From NCBI GenBank assembly GCA_965279035.1, contig OZ257142.1, forward strand, positions 2,816,001 through 2,880,000: 64,000 nucleotides of DNA, written 5' to 3'. Below, in pieces: positions 19,713-29,093 of this stretch (position 1 is the stretch's first letter; each line of letters begins with the position of its first letter). The translations under genes were made by a program, and so were the position numbers. Below the pieces are notes generated by a model. That model searched no databases and was not told the DNA's origin. It saw only the letters and a list, made by a program, of their open reading frames with translations. The DNA is from Bacteroidia bacterium. GTDB lineage: Bacteria > Bacteroidota > Bacteroidia > M30B66.

Positions 19713-20381
19713 TTACCAGTCTTTTCCAGTTCCGCCTTGTCCATTGCGGTTTTCCTTTTTCTCTGTTTTCTTCCTCAATTCTTTCTCATCTTTATCCAAA
19801 GCATCCAACATGCGCTCTGCTTCTTGACGATTGATATTCTGCTTTTTCTCTTCCTCTTTCTTTTGATCTTGCTTTTGCTGTTGCGGCTGTTTTTGTTGTT
19901 GCTGTTGTTGTTTCTGATCTTTATTTTGTTGTTGTTGCTGCTGCTGCTGTTGTTGTTGTTGCCTTAATTTTTGAAGCGCATACGATAAATTATACCGAGT
20001 GTCTTCGGCTTGTGGATCGAGTTTGAGCGCCTTCTTAAATGATTCAACACTTTTCTCATATTCCTTCGCCTTTAATTGGGCATTTCCTAAATTGTGGTAA
20101 ACCGAAGAAAGCTGTTTTTCATTTTTCGTTGTTCTACTTAATGAATCAAGCAATACAGAAGCTTCTTTGTATTTGTCTTGCTTATACAGCGCATCAGCTA
20201 AATTAAATTTCCCCGTCCAGGATTTATTATGTTTCTCCAATCCTTTGCGGTATTCAATTTCAGCATCATTGAATTTTCCGGCTTTAAACAAATCGTTTCC
20301 CTTACGAAAATGACTTGTTTCACTCTGTGCGAAACCGAAAATAGGAAGGCAGATATAGAAGAATAAAATGAGTTTTCTCAT
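19713..20381 (-). CDS. batC: BatC, TPR protein with poly-Q linker
   Basis: TPRs (YHNLGNAQLK), Q-run, AERMLDAL..EK and terminal KDW. Confidence 0.9.
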   Translation of the reverse strand: MRKLILFFYICLPIFGFAQSETSHFRKGNDLFKAGKFNDAEIEYRKGLEKHNKSWTGKFNLADALYKQDKYKEASVLLDSLSRTTKNEKQLSSVYHNLGNAQLKAKEYEKSVESFKKALKLDPQAEDTRYNLSYALQKLRQQQQQQQQQQQQNKDQKQQQQQQKQPQQQKQDQKKEEEKKQNINRQEAERMLDALDKDEKELRKKTEKKENRNGQGGTGKDW

Positions 20382-21424
20382 CGGTTTTTTCGTTTAGTTC
20401 CAAAAATGTTTACCCTACGGGAGATGGCACTTCGGCGTTCATCAACAAGAAATTCAACAAGTAATAATAACAATGCAACAACAAGGAAATTCTGGAATCG
20501 GTCTTCGTAATCGGTAAATGCTTTTGTACCGAAATCGGATTTTTGCATGGTGTTGATTTGACTGAATAATTCCTCCAAACCAATATCACTTCCGGTTGCC
20601 TGAACGAATTTTCCACCGCCTGCTTGCGCCACTTCTTGTAGCATTTGAGGATTCATACGTGAAATAACAGTTTCACCATTTTCGTCCGTTTTAAAACCAA
20701 TGCGTTCCCCATCGCGCATCTCTGGAATAGGCGATCCATCAGGAGTTCCAATTCCTAAAGTATGTACAATCACTCCGGCTTCTTTCGCAGCTTTGGCTTC
20801 GGCTAATGCATCGTCTTCGTGATTTTCTCCATCGGTAATCACAATGATAGCTTTGTTTCGAACTCCTCCGCGAGGTAAACTTTTCACACCCATCTGTATC
20901 GCAGCACCGATTGCCGTTCCTTGGAATTGAATGCTTTCGTTACTCACTGTACTAAGAAACATGCGAGCAGCAGCATAATCGTTGGTAAATGGCAATTGCA
21001 GGTAAGCATCTCCAGCAAAAATCACAATCCCAATGCGGTCGTCGTGCAGTTTATCGAGTAATTTGATGATGGCTTGTTTAGCACGTTCGAGCCTGTTTGG
21101 ACGAATGTCTTCAGCCAACATACTATTGGAAACATCTAAGGCAATGATGAGATCAACTCCCTGACGTTTTACTTCTTCGTATTTAGAACCAATTTGAGGA
21201 TTGGCTAGGCCGATGATTAGAAAAATCCAAGCAGCTGCTAATAGAAAAAACTTCGTGCGAATTTTCCCTTGCGAACGATCGGGCATCAAGACTTCCATTA
21301 AGGCTGGATCGCCAAAACGCTTGATTGCTTTACGTTTCCACGACATCCGCGCAGCGAAAAGCAAACCGAACATCGGCAATACCGCAAGGCCCCAAAGAAA
21401 AAACGGATAGGCGAATCGGAACAT
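20378..21424 (-). CDS. batB: BatB, VWA-domain protein
   Basis: LANPQIG, DVSNSM MIDAS, ITDGENHE. Confidence 0.9.
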   Translation of the reverse strand: MFRFAYPFFLWGLAVLPMFGLLFAARMSWKRKAIKRFGDPALMEVLMPDRSQGKIRTKFFLLAAAWIFLIIGLANPQIGSKYEEVKRQGVDLIIALDVSNSMLAEDIRPNRLERAKQAIIKLLDKLHDDRIGIVIFAGDAYLQLPFTNDYAAARMFLSTVSNESIQFQGTAIGAAIQMGVKSLPRGGVRNKAIIVITDGENHEDDALAEAKAAKEAGVIVHTLGIGTPDGSPIPEMRDGERIGFKTDENGETVISRMNPQMLQEVAQAGGGKFVQATGSDIGLEELFSQINTMQKSDFGTKAFTDYEDRFQNFLVVALLLLLVEFLVDERRSAISRRVNIFGTKRKNR

Positions 21425-21427
21425 AGC

Positions 21428-22459
21428 TTAAGGAATAGAACGCATTAAAGTATTACGTAACAACCATTCGGTAAAAAGAAACACAGCAGCTAAAAGCACC
21501 AAAGGCCAAAATTCTTCACGCTTACGACGAAATTCGGTGACATCAAATCTGGTCTTTTCTAACAAATCAATCTTCTTATAAATATCCTTCAAGGCTTCGT
21601 TATTGGTTGCACGGAAGTATTGTCCGTCGGTCATTTTTGCAATTTTCTCCAACAATGGCTCATCAATGCGCACTTCCACATAATCGAAAGCAAATTCACC
21701 GTTGGGATAACGATAAGCCGGAGAATACGCCATTCCACGTGTTCCAACGCCAATAGTGTACACCCGAATTCCATATATCTGAGCAATTTCGGCAGCCGTC
21801 AATGGTGAAACAGATCCAGCATTGTTTTCACCGTCGGTAATGAGGATGATGACTTTACTGGTCGATTTACTTTCTTTCAAGCGATTGACCGAAGTAGCCA
21901 AGCCCATTCCGATTGCAGTTCCATCAGCTAAGAAATCAGGCTCTGCCGAAGTGAGTAAATTTTTCAACACGGAGTGATCGATTGTCAGCGGACATTGCGT
22001 AAACGATTCTCCAGAAAATACCACTAAGCCAATGCGATCGTTCGGTCTTCCATCGATAAAATCCATCCCCACATTCTTGGCAGCTTCGAGTCGGTTGGGT
22101 TTGAAATCGCGAGCCAACATACTGGGCGAAAGGTCCATCGCAAGCATGATATCGATTCCTTCGGCAGTCATGTCTTGCCAAGCCAATTTCGTTTGAGGAC
22201 GAGCTAATGCCGCAATAACCAATGCTACCGTGATGCAACGTAATACAAAAGGCAAATGCATCAAACGAACAACAGCCGATGGTTTTCTCCCAATAAAAGG
22301 AGCCAATGTGGCCATTTGCAATTCGGGTTTTCCCTTACGTCCTTTGAAGATGTACCAAAGAATCATCATGGGAACGATGAGTAAAAACCACAATGCCCAA
22401 GGATGCGCAAACGTTACTTCGTCGAGAGGTGGCAAACGCAAACCATTCCACTCATTCAT
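21428..22459 (-). CDS. batA: BatA, VWA-domain protein
   Basis: FAHPWALW, ALARPQ, DLSPSM, PNRLEAAK, ITDGENN; ATG at 22459 overlaps the upstream stop. Confidence 0.92.
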   Translation of the reverse strand: MNEWNGLRLPPLDEVTFAHPWALWFLLIVPMMILWYIFKGRKGKPELQMATLAPFIGRKPSAVVRLMHLPFVLRCITVALVIAALARPQTKLAWQDMTAEGIDIMLAMDLSPSMLARDFKPNRLEAAKNVGMDFIDGRPNDRIGLVVFSGESFTQCPLTIDHSVLKNLLTSAEPDFLADGTAIGMGLATSVNRLKESKSTSKVIILITDGENNAGSVSPLTAAEIAQIYGIRVYTIGVGTRGMAYSPAYRYPNGEFAFDYVEVRIDEPLLEKIAKMTDGQYFRATNNEALKDIYKKIDLLEKTRFDVTEFRRKREEFWPLVLLAAVFLFTEWLLRNTLMRSIP

Positions 22460-23414
22460 GGCTTTCCTCCTTTCCTTCTTCTTTTGTAGATTGAACGATT
22501 TCGCGCGGACGCGTTGCTTCAACAAAATTCTTGGCTTGTTCTAAACTTCGTTCATGTTCAGCAGGAAGCGGTTTTTCTTTGGCGAATTTGACCAAATCGG
22601 CAAGCACTAGAATTTGACGCAAATGCTGAATGGCCGATTGATCAGCAAGGACTTTACGAACCATTGCGAGTGTTTCATCGGTTGTTGATTCTAATGCGGG
22701 AACCTGAAATTGTTCTTCAATATAGGCGCGTAATGTTTCTGAAATTGCCGAATGGTATTGCTTATCGCGCCCCGATTGCCAGGCTTTTTCTTTTCCAATT
22801 TCTTCCAATGCTTCCAATGCGCGTTGCCATGCCGGTGTTTTAGGTACTTCAGGAGCCGCAGGTTTTTCTGGACGTTTGCGTTTGAGCCACAAATAAATTC
22901 CAGCTATGAGTAATGCTGCTATACCTAGTCCAAGCAAAATCCAAGGAATGTATTCTCCAATATCAAAAGGTACATCTACCACTCCGTGAATGTCTTTGAT
23001 AGCTTTAGTCGTATCAACTGGCACAGTGAGAACTTGAAAAGATAACGGATCGGTTACCACATGGGCTGTATCGCCATTCGCAGAAATAATGTCGAATGCA
23101 AAAACAGGCATGGTATGCATTCCACTATCAAAGGAAGTCGCTTGAATTTTCTGTAAAAGCTCCATGCCTTTGAGATCAGCATCTGCCATGGTATCGACTG
23201 GACCTTTTTTGAGTATGTCGAAATGCGAACCGATTGAATCATTCACAAAAGGCCAAACCACGCGTTGTCCATCTTTGACGGTGGCTTTGAGCGTTAATGA
23301 AAATGCTTCACCAAGTCGAATCCGATACCGGTCCGACTTAACACTTGCCACCTGAGCAAGGACTGAAGACTGAATAAAGAAAAACGTGAAACAAAAGAAT
23401 AGAATACGTTTCAT
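22452..23414 (-). CDS. Bat-operon membrane protein (conserved hypothetical)
   Basis: Signal peptide, TSFDSG, TM helix, ALESTTDE and ADLVKFAK motifs; operon position. Confidence 0.85.
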   Translation of the reverse strand: MKRILFFCFTFFFIQSSVLAQVASVKSDRYRIRLGEAFSLTLKATVKDGQRVVWPFVNDSIGSHFDILKKGPVDTMADADLKGMELLQKIQATSFDSGMHTMPVFAFDIISANGDTAHVVTDPLSFQVLTVPVDTTKAIKDIHGVVDVPFDIGEYIPWILLGLGIAALLIAGIYLWLKRKRPEKPAAPEVPKTPAWQRALEALEEIGKEKAWQSGRDKQYHSAISETLRAYIEEQFQVPALESTTDETLAMVRKVLADQSAIQHLRQILVLADLVKFAKEKPLPAEHERSLEQAKNFVEATRPREIVQSTKEEGKEESHE

Positions 23415-24283
23415 CGAGTTCCGCGGCGTTTAAAGAGGTTACTCAAAGGCTGAATGTAGGAGCGATCTGTATGCAATACTGCTTGATCTACACCGGCTTT
23501 ACTGAAAGCAGATTTCACAAAATCTTCGTGTTTTTTATAATGCACTTCGTATGCTTTTCGAACCGAACGATCGGATGTATCTACCCAAATGGCTTCTCCT
23601 GTTTCAGCATCGCGAAAACGAACGAGTCCAACATCGGGTAAGGCAATTTCGCGCGGATCGGTCACACGTAAGGCAACGATATCGTGTTTTTTATTCGCAA
23701 TTTTCAAGGTGTCTTCGTAGCCTTTTCCATAAAAATCGGAAAGCACAAAGGCGGTACAGCGTTTCCGAATAACATTGGTAAGAAAGCGCAAAGCTTGATC
23801 AATATTGGTGAGTCGGTTTTCGGGACGGAAGTCGATTAATTCCCGAATGATGCGAAGTATATGTGATTTTCCCTTTTTAGGTGGGATGTATTTTTCGATT
23901 TTATCGCTGAAGAAAATCACGCCGATCTTATCGTTATTCTGCATAGCCGAAAAAGCCAACACAGCGCAGAGTTCCGTTACGAGTTCCATTTTAAACTGCA
24001 CCTGTGTTCCAAAATCTTTCGAACCGCTCACATCAACAACTAACATAATGGTCAACTCCCGCTCTTCCTCGTACACCTTCACATAAGGATGATTTAACCG
24101 CGCCGATACGTTCCAATCGATTGTCCTCACATCATCACCCGGTTGATATTCCCTCACCTCCGAAAACGACATTCCGCGCCCTTTAAACGCACTATGGTAT
24201 TGCCCCGAAAACAACTGCGCAGAAAGTCCACGACTCTTGATCTCGAGCTTACGTACCTTTTTGAGAAGTTCTTTTTGTTCCAT
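23411..24283 (-). CDS. DUF58 family protein (MoxR partner)
   Basis: YHSAFKGRGMSFSEVREYQPGDDVRTIDWNV. Confidence 0.95.
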   Translation of the reverse strand: MEQKELLKKVRKLEIKSRGLSAQLFSGQYHSAFKGRGMSFSEVREYQPGDDVRTIDWNVSARLNHPYVKVYEEERELTIMLVVDVSGSKDFGTQVQFKMELVTELCAVLAFSAMQNNDKIGVIFFSDKIEKYIPPKKGKSHILRIIRELIDFRPENRLTNIDQALRFLTNVIRKRCTAFVLSDFYGKGYEDTLKIANKKHDIVALRVTDPREIALPDVGLVRFRDAETGEAIWVDTSDRSVRKAYEVHYKKHEDFVKSAFSKAGVDQAVLHTDRSYIQPLSNLFKRRGTR

Positions 24284-24435
24284 TGTGTTGATGTGCTGGT
24301 GTGCTAGTTTGTTGATGTGCTAGTGTGCTAGTGGGTAATGTGCTTATGGCTGATGTGTAGGTGTGATGATGGGTTAGTGTGTTGATGGAAGATTTGATAG
24401 TGTTTTAGTTGATGGTGTGATTATGTTTTGATATT
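24284..24435. repeat. Degenerate 8-bp tandem array (TGTGYTRR, ~13 units) plus a 13-bp inner arm
   Basis: tgtgttga tgtgctgg tgtgctag tttgttga tgtgctag tgtgctag...; ATGTTTTGATATT at 24423-24435. Confidence 0.9.
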
Positions 24436-24527
24436 GTGTGTGTTTGTGATTGAAGATGTTCAAATTTCAACAATGTTTGGTGCCTGAGTTTTTATCGAAG
24501 GCACCGTTTGGAGAGTTTTTTTTAAAT

Positions 24528-24884
24528 TTATTTGACAAGTGATTTCTTGGAGGTGCTGATGATTTTACTTAGCATCTTTTCAATAGATAACAATTGGCAT
24601 TCGGCATGAGTGTTTTCGGGCAAATGAGATGATAGTCGACATAGTCTTAACCAATAAGCTGATTCGTGTGCTTCTTTTGCAGCAATTTTAAGTTTAAGAA
24701 TGAAATCAATTTTACTTTCTGCATGTTGAGCTTCTGCAACGTTGGCTCCGATTGACGTTCCTGATTTAAAGAGTTGAAATGCTAATTCGCGTTGATCTTC
24801 TTTTTTTAATATTCGACTAAATCGAATTGTTTCTAAAGCAAAGTCCTCAGTAAGCTGAACGATTGTGTTTTGAGTAGTATTCAT
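24528..24884 (-). CDS. Four-helix-bundle protein (23S rRNA intervening-sequence protein family, TIGR02436-like)
   Basis: QLFKSGTSIGANVAEAQ..ES..DF..KLKIAAKEAHESAYWL. Confidence 0.92.
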   Translation of the reverse strand: MNTTQNTIVQLTEDFALETIRFSRILKKEDQRELAFQLFKSGTSIGANVAEAQHAESKIDFILKLKIAAKEAHESAYWLRLCRLSSHLPENTHAECQLLSIEKMLSKIISTSKKSLVK

Positions 24885-24917
24885 AGAATTAATAAATAAG
24901 GTTTATTAAGTCTGTAA

Positions 24918-25047
24918 AATATCAAAACATTTTTCTCCTCATTTATTTCAAACACCTAAAACATCAACAACTCTGTTAAAAACTCATCAATCATCATTCA
25001 CCATCTAATTAACAGCACATTAGCACACCAACACATTAGCACACCAA
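24918..25047. repeat. Inverted counterpart of the 24284-24435 array
   Basis: AATATCAAAACAT at 24918-24930; cagcaca ttagcaca ccaacaca ttagcaca ccaa at 25013-25047. Confidence 0.85.
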
Positions 25048-26034
25048 TCAAGGTACCTCCACCACATTCAATATCTCACTAATGATATTTTCTGTAGTGA
25101 TATTCTCGGCTTCGGCTTCGTAGGTGAGGCCAATGCGGTGACGTAAAACATCCATGCATACAGCACGAATATCTTCTGGTATCACATAACCGCGACGTTT
25201 GATGAAAGCATAGGCTTTTGCTGCAAGAGCGAGGCTGATGGATGCACGTGGTGAAGCGCCAAAACTGATTAAAGGTTGATACTTGGCGAGGTTGTGATCT
25301 TTCGGGAAACGCGTTGCGAAAACGATATCGACAATGTATTTCTCAATCTTCTCATCCATATACACCTCACGAACCACTTGACGAGCACGCAAAATCTGTT
25401 CGGGTTGAACTACTTTATTCGGTGTTGGATATTCTGCGGCTAGATTGCTACGGATGATTCGTGTTTCTTCTTCTTTCGTAGGATAACCAATCACCACTTT
25501 GAGCATGAAACGATCTACTTGTGCTTCAGGTAAAGGATAAGTTCCCTCCTGCTCAACTGGATTTTGTGTAGCTAAAACCAAAAAGGGTTCTGGTAGTTTA
25601 TGCGTTGTATCACCAATGGTAACTTGACGTTCCTGCATGGCTTCTAACAGAGCACTTTGAACTTTTGCTGGAGCTCGGTTAATCTCATCAGCCAAAATAA
25701 AATTGGCGAAAATGGGACCTTTACGTACGCTGAATGATTCCTGTTTTTGATTGTAAATCATCGTTCCAACCAAATCGGCTGGCAATAAATCGGGGGTGAA
25801 TTGAATACGACTAAAATGTGCATCAACCGTTTGAGCCAAACTTTTAATGGCCAATGTCTTTGCTAAACCCGGAACACCTTCGAGCAAAATATGCCCGTTT
25901 GCTAAAAGTCCAATTAATAATCGATCGAGCATATAATGCTGACCAATAATGACTTTATCGAGTTCCATTTTAAGTAATTCGATAAATGCCGATTCACGTT
26001 CAATCCGTTCGTTTATCTCGCGAATGTCTGCCAT
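25048..26034 (-). CDS. moxR: MoxR-family AAA+ ATPase
   Basis: GVPGLAKT Walker A, RIQFTPDLLPAD, LADEINRA, ATQNPVEQEGTYPLPEAQ. Confidence 0.95.
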   Translation of the reverse strand: MADIREINERIERESAFIELLKMELDKVIIGQHYMLDRLLIGLLANGHILLEGVPGLAKTLAIKSLAQTVDAHFSRIQFTPDLLPADLVGTMIYNQKQESFSVRKGPIFANFILADEINRAPAKVQSALLEAMQERQVTIGDTTHKLPEPFLVLATQNPVEQEGTYPLPEAQVDRFMLKVVIGYPTKEEETRIIRSNLAAEYPTPNKVVQPEQILRARQVVREVYMDEKIEKYIVDIVFATRFPKDHNLAKYQPLISFGASPRASISLALAAKAYAFIKRRGYVIPEDIRAVCMDVLRHRIGLTYEAEAENITTENIISEILNVVEVP

Positions 26035-26306
26035 ATGATTTTTTAATTTGTGGCGCAAAGAAAGAAATATGATTCTCCAACGTCAAGATGTATATTTCTA
26101 AAAAATGTTAAAGATTTAGTTTGGTGATCAATCGGAAAGGGAAACGCGATTTTGAGTGATTCTGTATACTTAAAAATTGAAACCTCAAAACCCTTTACCA
26201 AATCAATTGAACAATCCAAACGTCAATGTTCGCCTTATTCGGGAAGGCTTTTACATTCTTCAATTGGAAATCACCAACAAAAAAATGTGAATGAATGAAT
26301 GACGAT

Positions 26307-26314
26307 TACCTTTG
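26307..26314 (+). promoter_or_regulatory. Bacteroidota -7 promoter element TACCTTTG
   Basis: Matches TAnnTTTG, 5 bp before ATG 26320. Confidence 0.6.
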
Positions 26315-26319
26315 TCGCG

Positions 26320-27099
26320 ATGCGCTATTTTATCCGTCTTCGTTACAAAGGCACCGATTATCATGGTTGGCAAGTGCAAAATAATGCACATGCAGTTCAG
26401 GCAGAAGTCAATCGTGCGCTTTCGTTGGTTCTTAGAAAAGACATCGAAACCCTTGGTTGCGGCAGAACAGATACTGGAGTTCATGCGGATGATTTTTATG
26501 CGCATTTCGACATTGATGAACCCATTGCATCTCCACAAGCAATCATCAATCGGCTCGATTCGATGAAAATTCCAGGTATTCAGTTTCGATCAATCCATCA
26601 AGTTGCTGATACTGCCCATGCACGATTCGATGCCATTCAACGTACTTACGAATACCGAATTATCCGCGAACGCAATCCATTTCTCGAAGGTTTAGCTTAT
26701 TTCTATTTTGGAAATCTCAACCTCGAATCGATGAATTCTGCTGCAAAAGAACTTCTTGGGAAAAAAGATTTCGGTGCATTTTCAAAAGCTCATACTCAAG
26801 TGTTTACCAATAACTGCACTATCACTAAAGCTCAATGGGAAGTTCAAAATGATGTGCTTGTTTTTACCATTACCGCCGATCGCTTTTTACGCAATATGGT
26901 GAGAGCCATTGTGGGAACTTTACTCGAAATTGGAATGGGCAAACGAAACATCACCGATATTTCCGAAATCATCGAATCTAAGAACCGCTCCGAAGCTGGG
27001 ATGAGTGTTCCTGCTTGCGGACTTTTTCTCACACAAGTGCTCTATCCAGAAACAATTCTTTCAAGGAATTCTTCGAGCATTTTACCCGAAATCAAATAG
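26320..27099 (+). CDS. truA: tRNA pseudouridine(38-40) synthase
   Basis: YKGTDYHGWQ, GCGRTDTGVHA, FLRNMVRAIVG. Confidence 0.96.
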   Translation: MRYFIRLRYKGTDYHGWQVQNNAHAVQAEVNRALSLVLRKDIETLGCGRTDTGVHADDFYAHFDIDEPIASPQAIINRLDSMKIPGIQFRSIHQVADTAHARFDAIQRTYEYRIIRERNPFLEGLAYFYFGNLNLESMNSAAKELLGKKDFGAFSKAHTQVFTNNCTITKAQWEVQNDVLVFTITADRFLRNMVRAIVGTLLEIGMGKRNITDISEIIESKNRSEAGMSVPACGLFLTQVLYPETILSRNSSSILPEIK

Positions 27100-27116
27100 T
27101 TTATCTTTGTCGCCAG

Positions 27117-28883
27117 ATGAGTGTTTCGGGGAAAGCTTTCGATTTTTCATTATTACGACGTGTAATAGCTTACGTAAAACCATACAGAACTTGGCTTTGG
27201 ACCTCCGTTAGCTTAACTGTTATTTTGGCTTTTATATCACCAGTTCGTCCACTGTTGATTCAATACACGATTGATCATTACATCCTATTTCCTGATTCAA
27301 ATAGGTTGCTCAGCATGACCTTGATTATGATAGGCGTGTTGATATTTGAAGCATTGGGACAATTTTTCAGTAATTACATCACCAATCTTCTTGGACAAAG
27401 CGTTATTCGTGACTTACGAACCGATGTGTTTAATCATATTTCACGTTTGAAAGTGAAGTATTTCGACAATAATCCCATTGGCATGTTGGTCACGCGTGTT
27501 GTCAGTGATATTGAAACCATTGCTAGTATTTTTACCGAAGGTGTTGTGATTGTTTTTGGCGATTTACTTCAGCTTACCGTTGTTTTAGCGGTGATGTTTT
27601 ATACCGATTGGCGACTTTCATTAATATCGATTTCTACAATTCCACTTTTACTTGTAGCGACCAACGTGTTCAAAAACGGAATCAAAGCATCATTCCAAGA
27701 TGTAAGAACACAGGTAGCGCGACTTAATTCCTTTGTGCAAGAGCATATTACGGGCATGAACATCGTGCAAATATTTAATCGTGAAAAAGAGGAGATGGAG
27801 GTTTTTAAGGAAATCAACTTGCAACATGCACAGGCTAATATTCGCTCTGTTTGGCATTATTCGGTTTTCCTACCCATTGTCGAAATACTCAGTGCTGTTT
27901 CAATAGGATTGTTGATTTGGCTTGGTGCACGTGGTGTGATTGATGGAACATTTACCATAGGAAATTTGGTTGCATTTACGTTGTATGTGAACATGCTGTT
28001 TCGTCCAATACGTACGCTGGCCGACCGTTTCAATACACTACAAATGGGCATGGTAAGTTCTGAACGTGTATTTGCAGTGCTCGATACTCAGGAAACGATT
28101 GCAGATACAGGAACTATCAAACCTCAAACATTGAAAGGTCAAATCAAATTTGATCAGGTATGGATGGCTTATAATGAGGAAGAATGGATTTTACGGGATC
28201 TCAGTTTTGATGCTCCACCGGGAAGTACCATTGCCATTGTTGGAGCAACTGGTTCAGGAAAAACAACCATCATCAATTTGATCAACCGTTTTTATGAATT
28301 TCAAAAAGGCGAAATTCTCATTGATGGTATTGATATTCGACAATACGATGCACATGCTATTCGTAGTCAAGTTGCTGTCGTTTTGCAAGATGTGTTTTTG
28401 TTTTCCGATTCGATTGCCAATAACATCACACTCAATAATCCAGAAATATCACGCGAACAAATCATCGCTGCAGCCGAAAAAGTAGGAGCTGATGTGTTTA
28501 TTCGGCGTTTACCTGGCGGATATGATTACAATGTGATGGAACGCGGTGCGATGCTCAGTGCAGGACAAAGACAACTGATTGCTTTTATTCGTGCCTATCT
28601 CTTCAATCCAGCCATTCTTGTTTTAGATGAAGCAACATCGTCGGTTGATACAGAAACCGAACAGCTCATTCAACAGGCGATTGATACCGTTACAAAAAAC
28701 AGAACCTCGATTGTCATTGCACATCGCTTGGCTACCATTCAAAAGGCCGATGTAATTCTGGTAATGGAAAAAGGACAAATTGTTGAACGAGGAAATCATC
28801 AAGAATTACTTCGTCAAAACGGATATTATAAGCATTTGTTCGAACTTCAATTCAAAGAACAGCTCAATCAACCAAGTTTCTGA
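27117..28883 (+). CDS. ABC exporter, fused permease and ATPase (MdlB/MsbA-like)
   Basis: TM domain, GATGSGKT, LSAGQRQ, LDEATS; TATCTTTG promoter element at 27102 supports start 27117. Confidence 0.93.
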   Translation: MSVSGKAFDFSLLRRVIAYVKPYRTWLWTSVSLTVILAFISPVRPLLIQYTIDHYILFPDSNRLLSMTLIMIGVLIFEALGQFFSNYITNLLGQSVIRDLRTDVFNHISRLKVKYFDNNPIGMLVTRVVSDIETIASIFTEGVVIVFGDLLQLTVVLAVMFYTDWRLSLISISTIPLLLVATNVFKNGIKASFQDVRTQVARLNSFVQEHITGMNIVQIFNREKEEMEVFKEINLQHAQANIRSVWHYSVFLPIVEILSAVSIGLLIWLGARGVIDGTFTIGNLVAFTLYVNMLFRPIRTLADRFNTLQMGMVSSERVFAVLDTQETIADTGTIKPQTLKGQIKFDQVWMAYNEEEWILRDLSFDAPPGSTIAIVGATGSGKTTIINLINRFYEFQKGEILIDGIDIRQYDAHAIRSQVAVVLQDVFLFSDSIANNITLNNPEISREQIIAAAEKVGADVFIRRLPGGYDYNVMERGAMLSAGQRQLIAFIRAYLFNPAILVLDEATSSVDTETEQLIQQAIDTVTKNRTSIVIAHRLATIQKADVILVMEKGQIVERGNHQELLRQNGYYKHLFELQFKEQLNQPSF

Positions 28884-29093
28884 TAAGCGTTGATACTAGT
28901 GGTTTTCAATTCCAATTCACAAGAATTGTTGAAAAGTTTTTTTCTCCTTTAAGCAGTCTTTTTAAAGGTTAACTGCTTCATACACAGATGTTGATTTGAA
29001 ATATGCAAGCAGTATAGGTAAGATTCCCTAAATTAATTTTACGTTAAGGAATCTGCTTTTTTATATACTTGCTATAAACCAAATCAACCAATT

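Noticed and set aside
19737-19967. Leu-rich + strand ORF and CAG/CAA microsatellite
   Set aside because: Antisense of the poly-Q linker, an ordinary feature of BatC.
24528-24884. Avd of a diversity-generating retroelement
   Set aside because: No reverse transcriptase in the window; the Rhs repeat mismatches are not confined to adenines in one copy, so it is not a TR/VR pair.
27015-27116. N-terminal extension of the ABC exporter overlapping truA
   Set aside because: The TATCTTTG promoter element at 27102 and ATG 27117 give a non-overlapping start.
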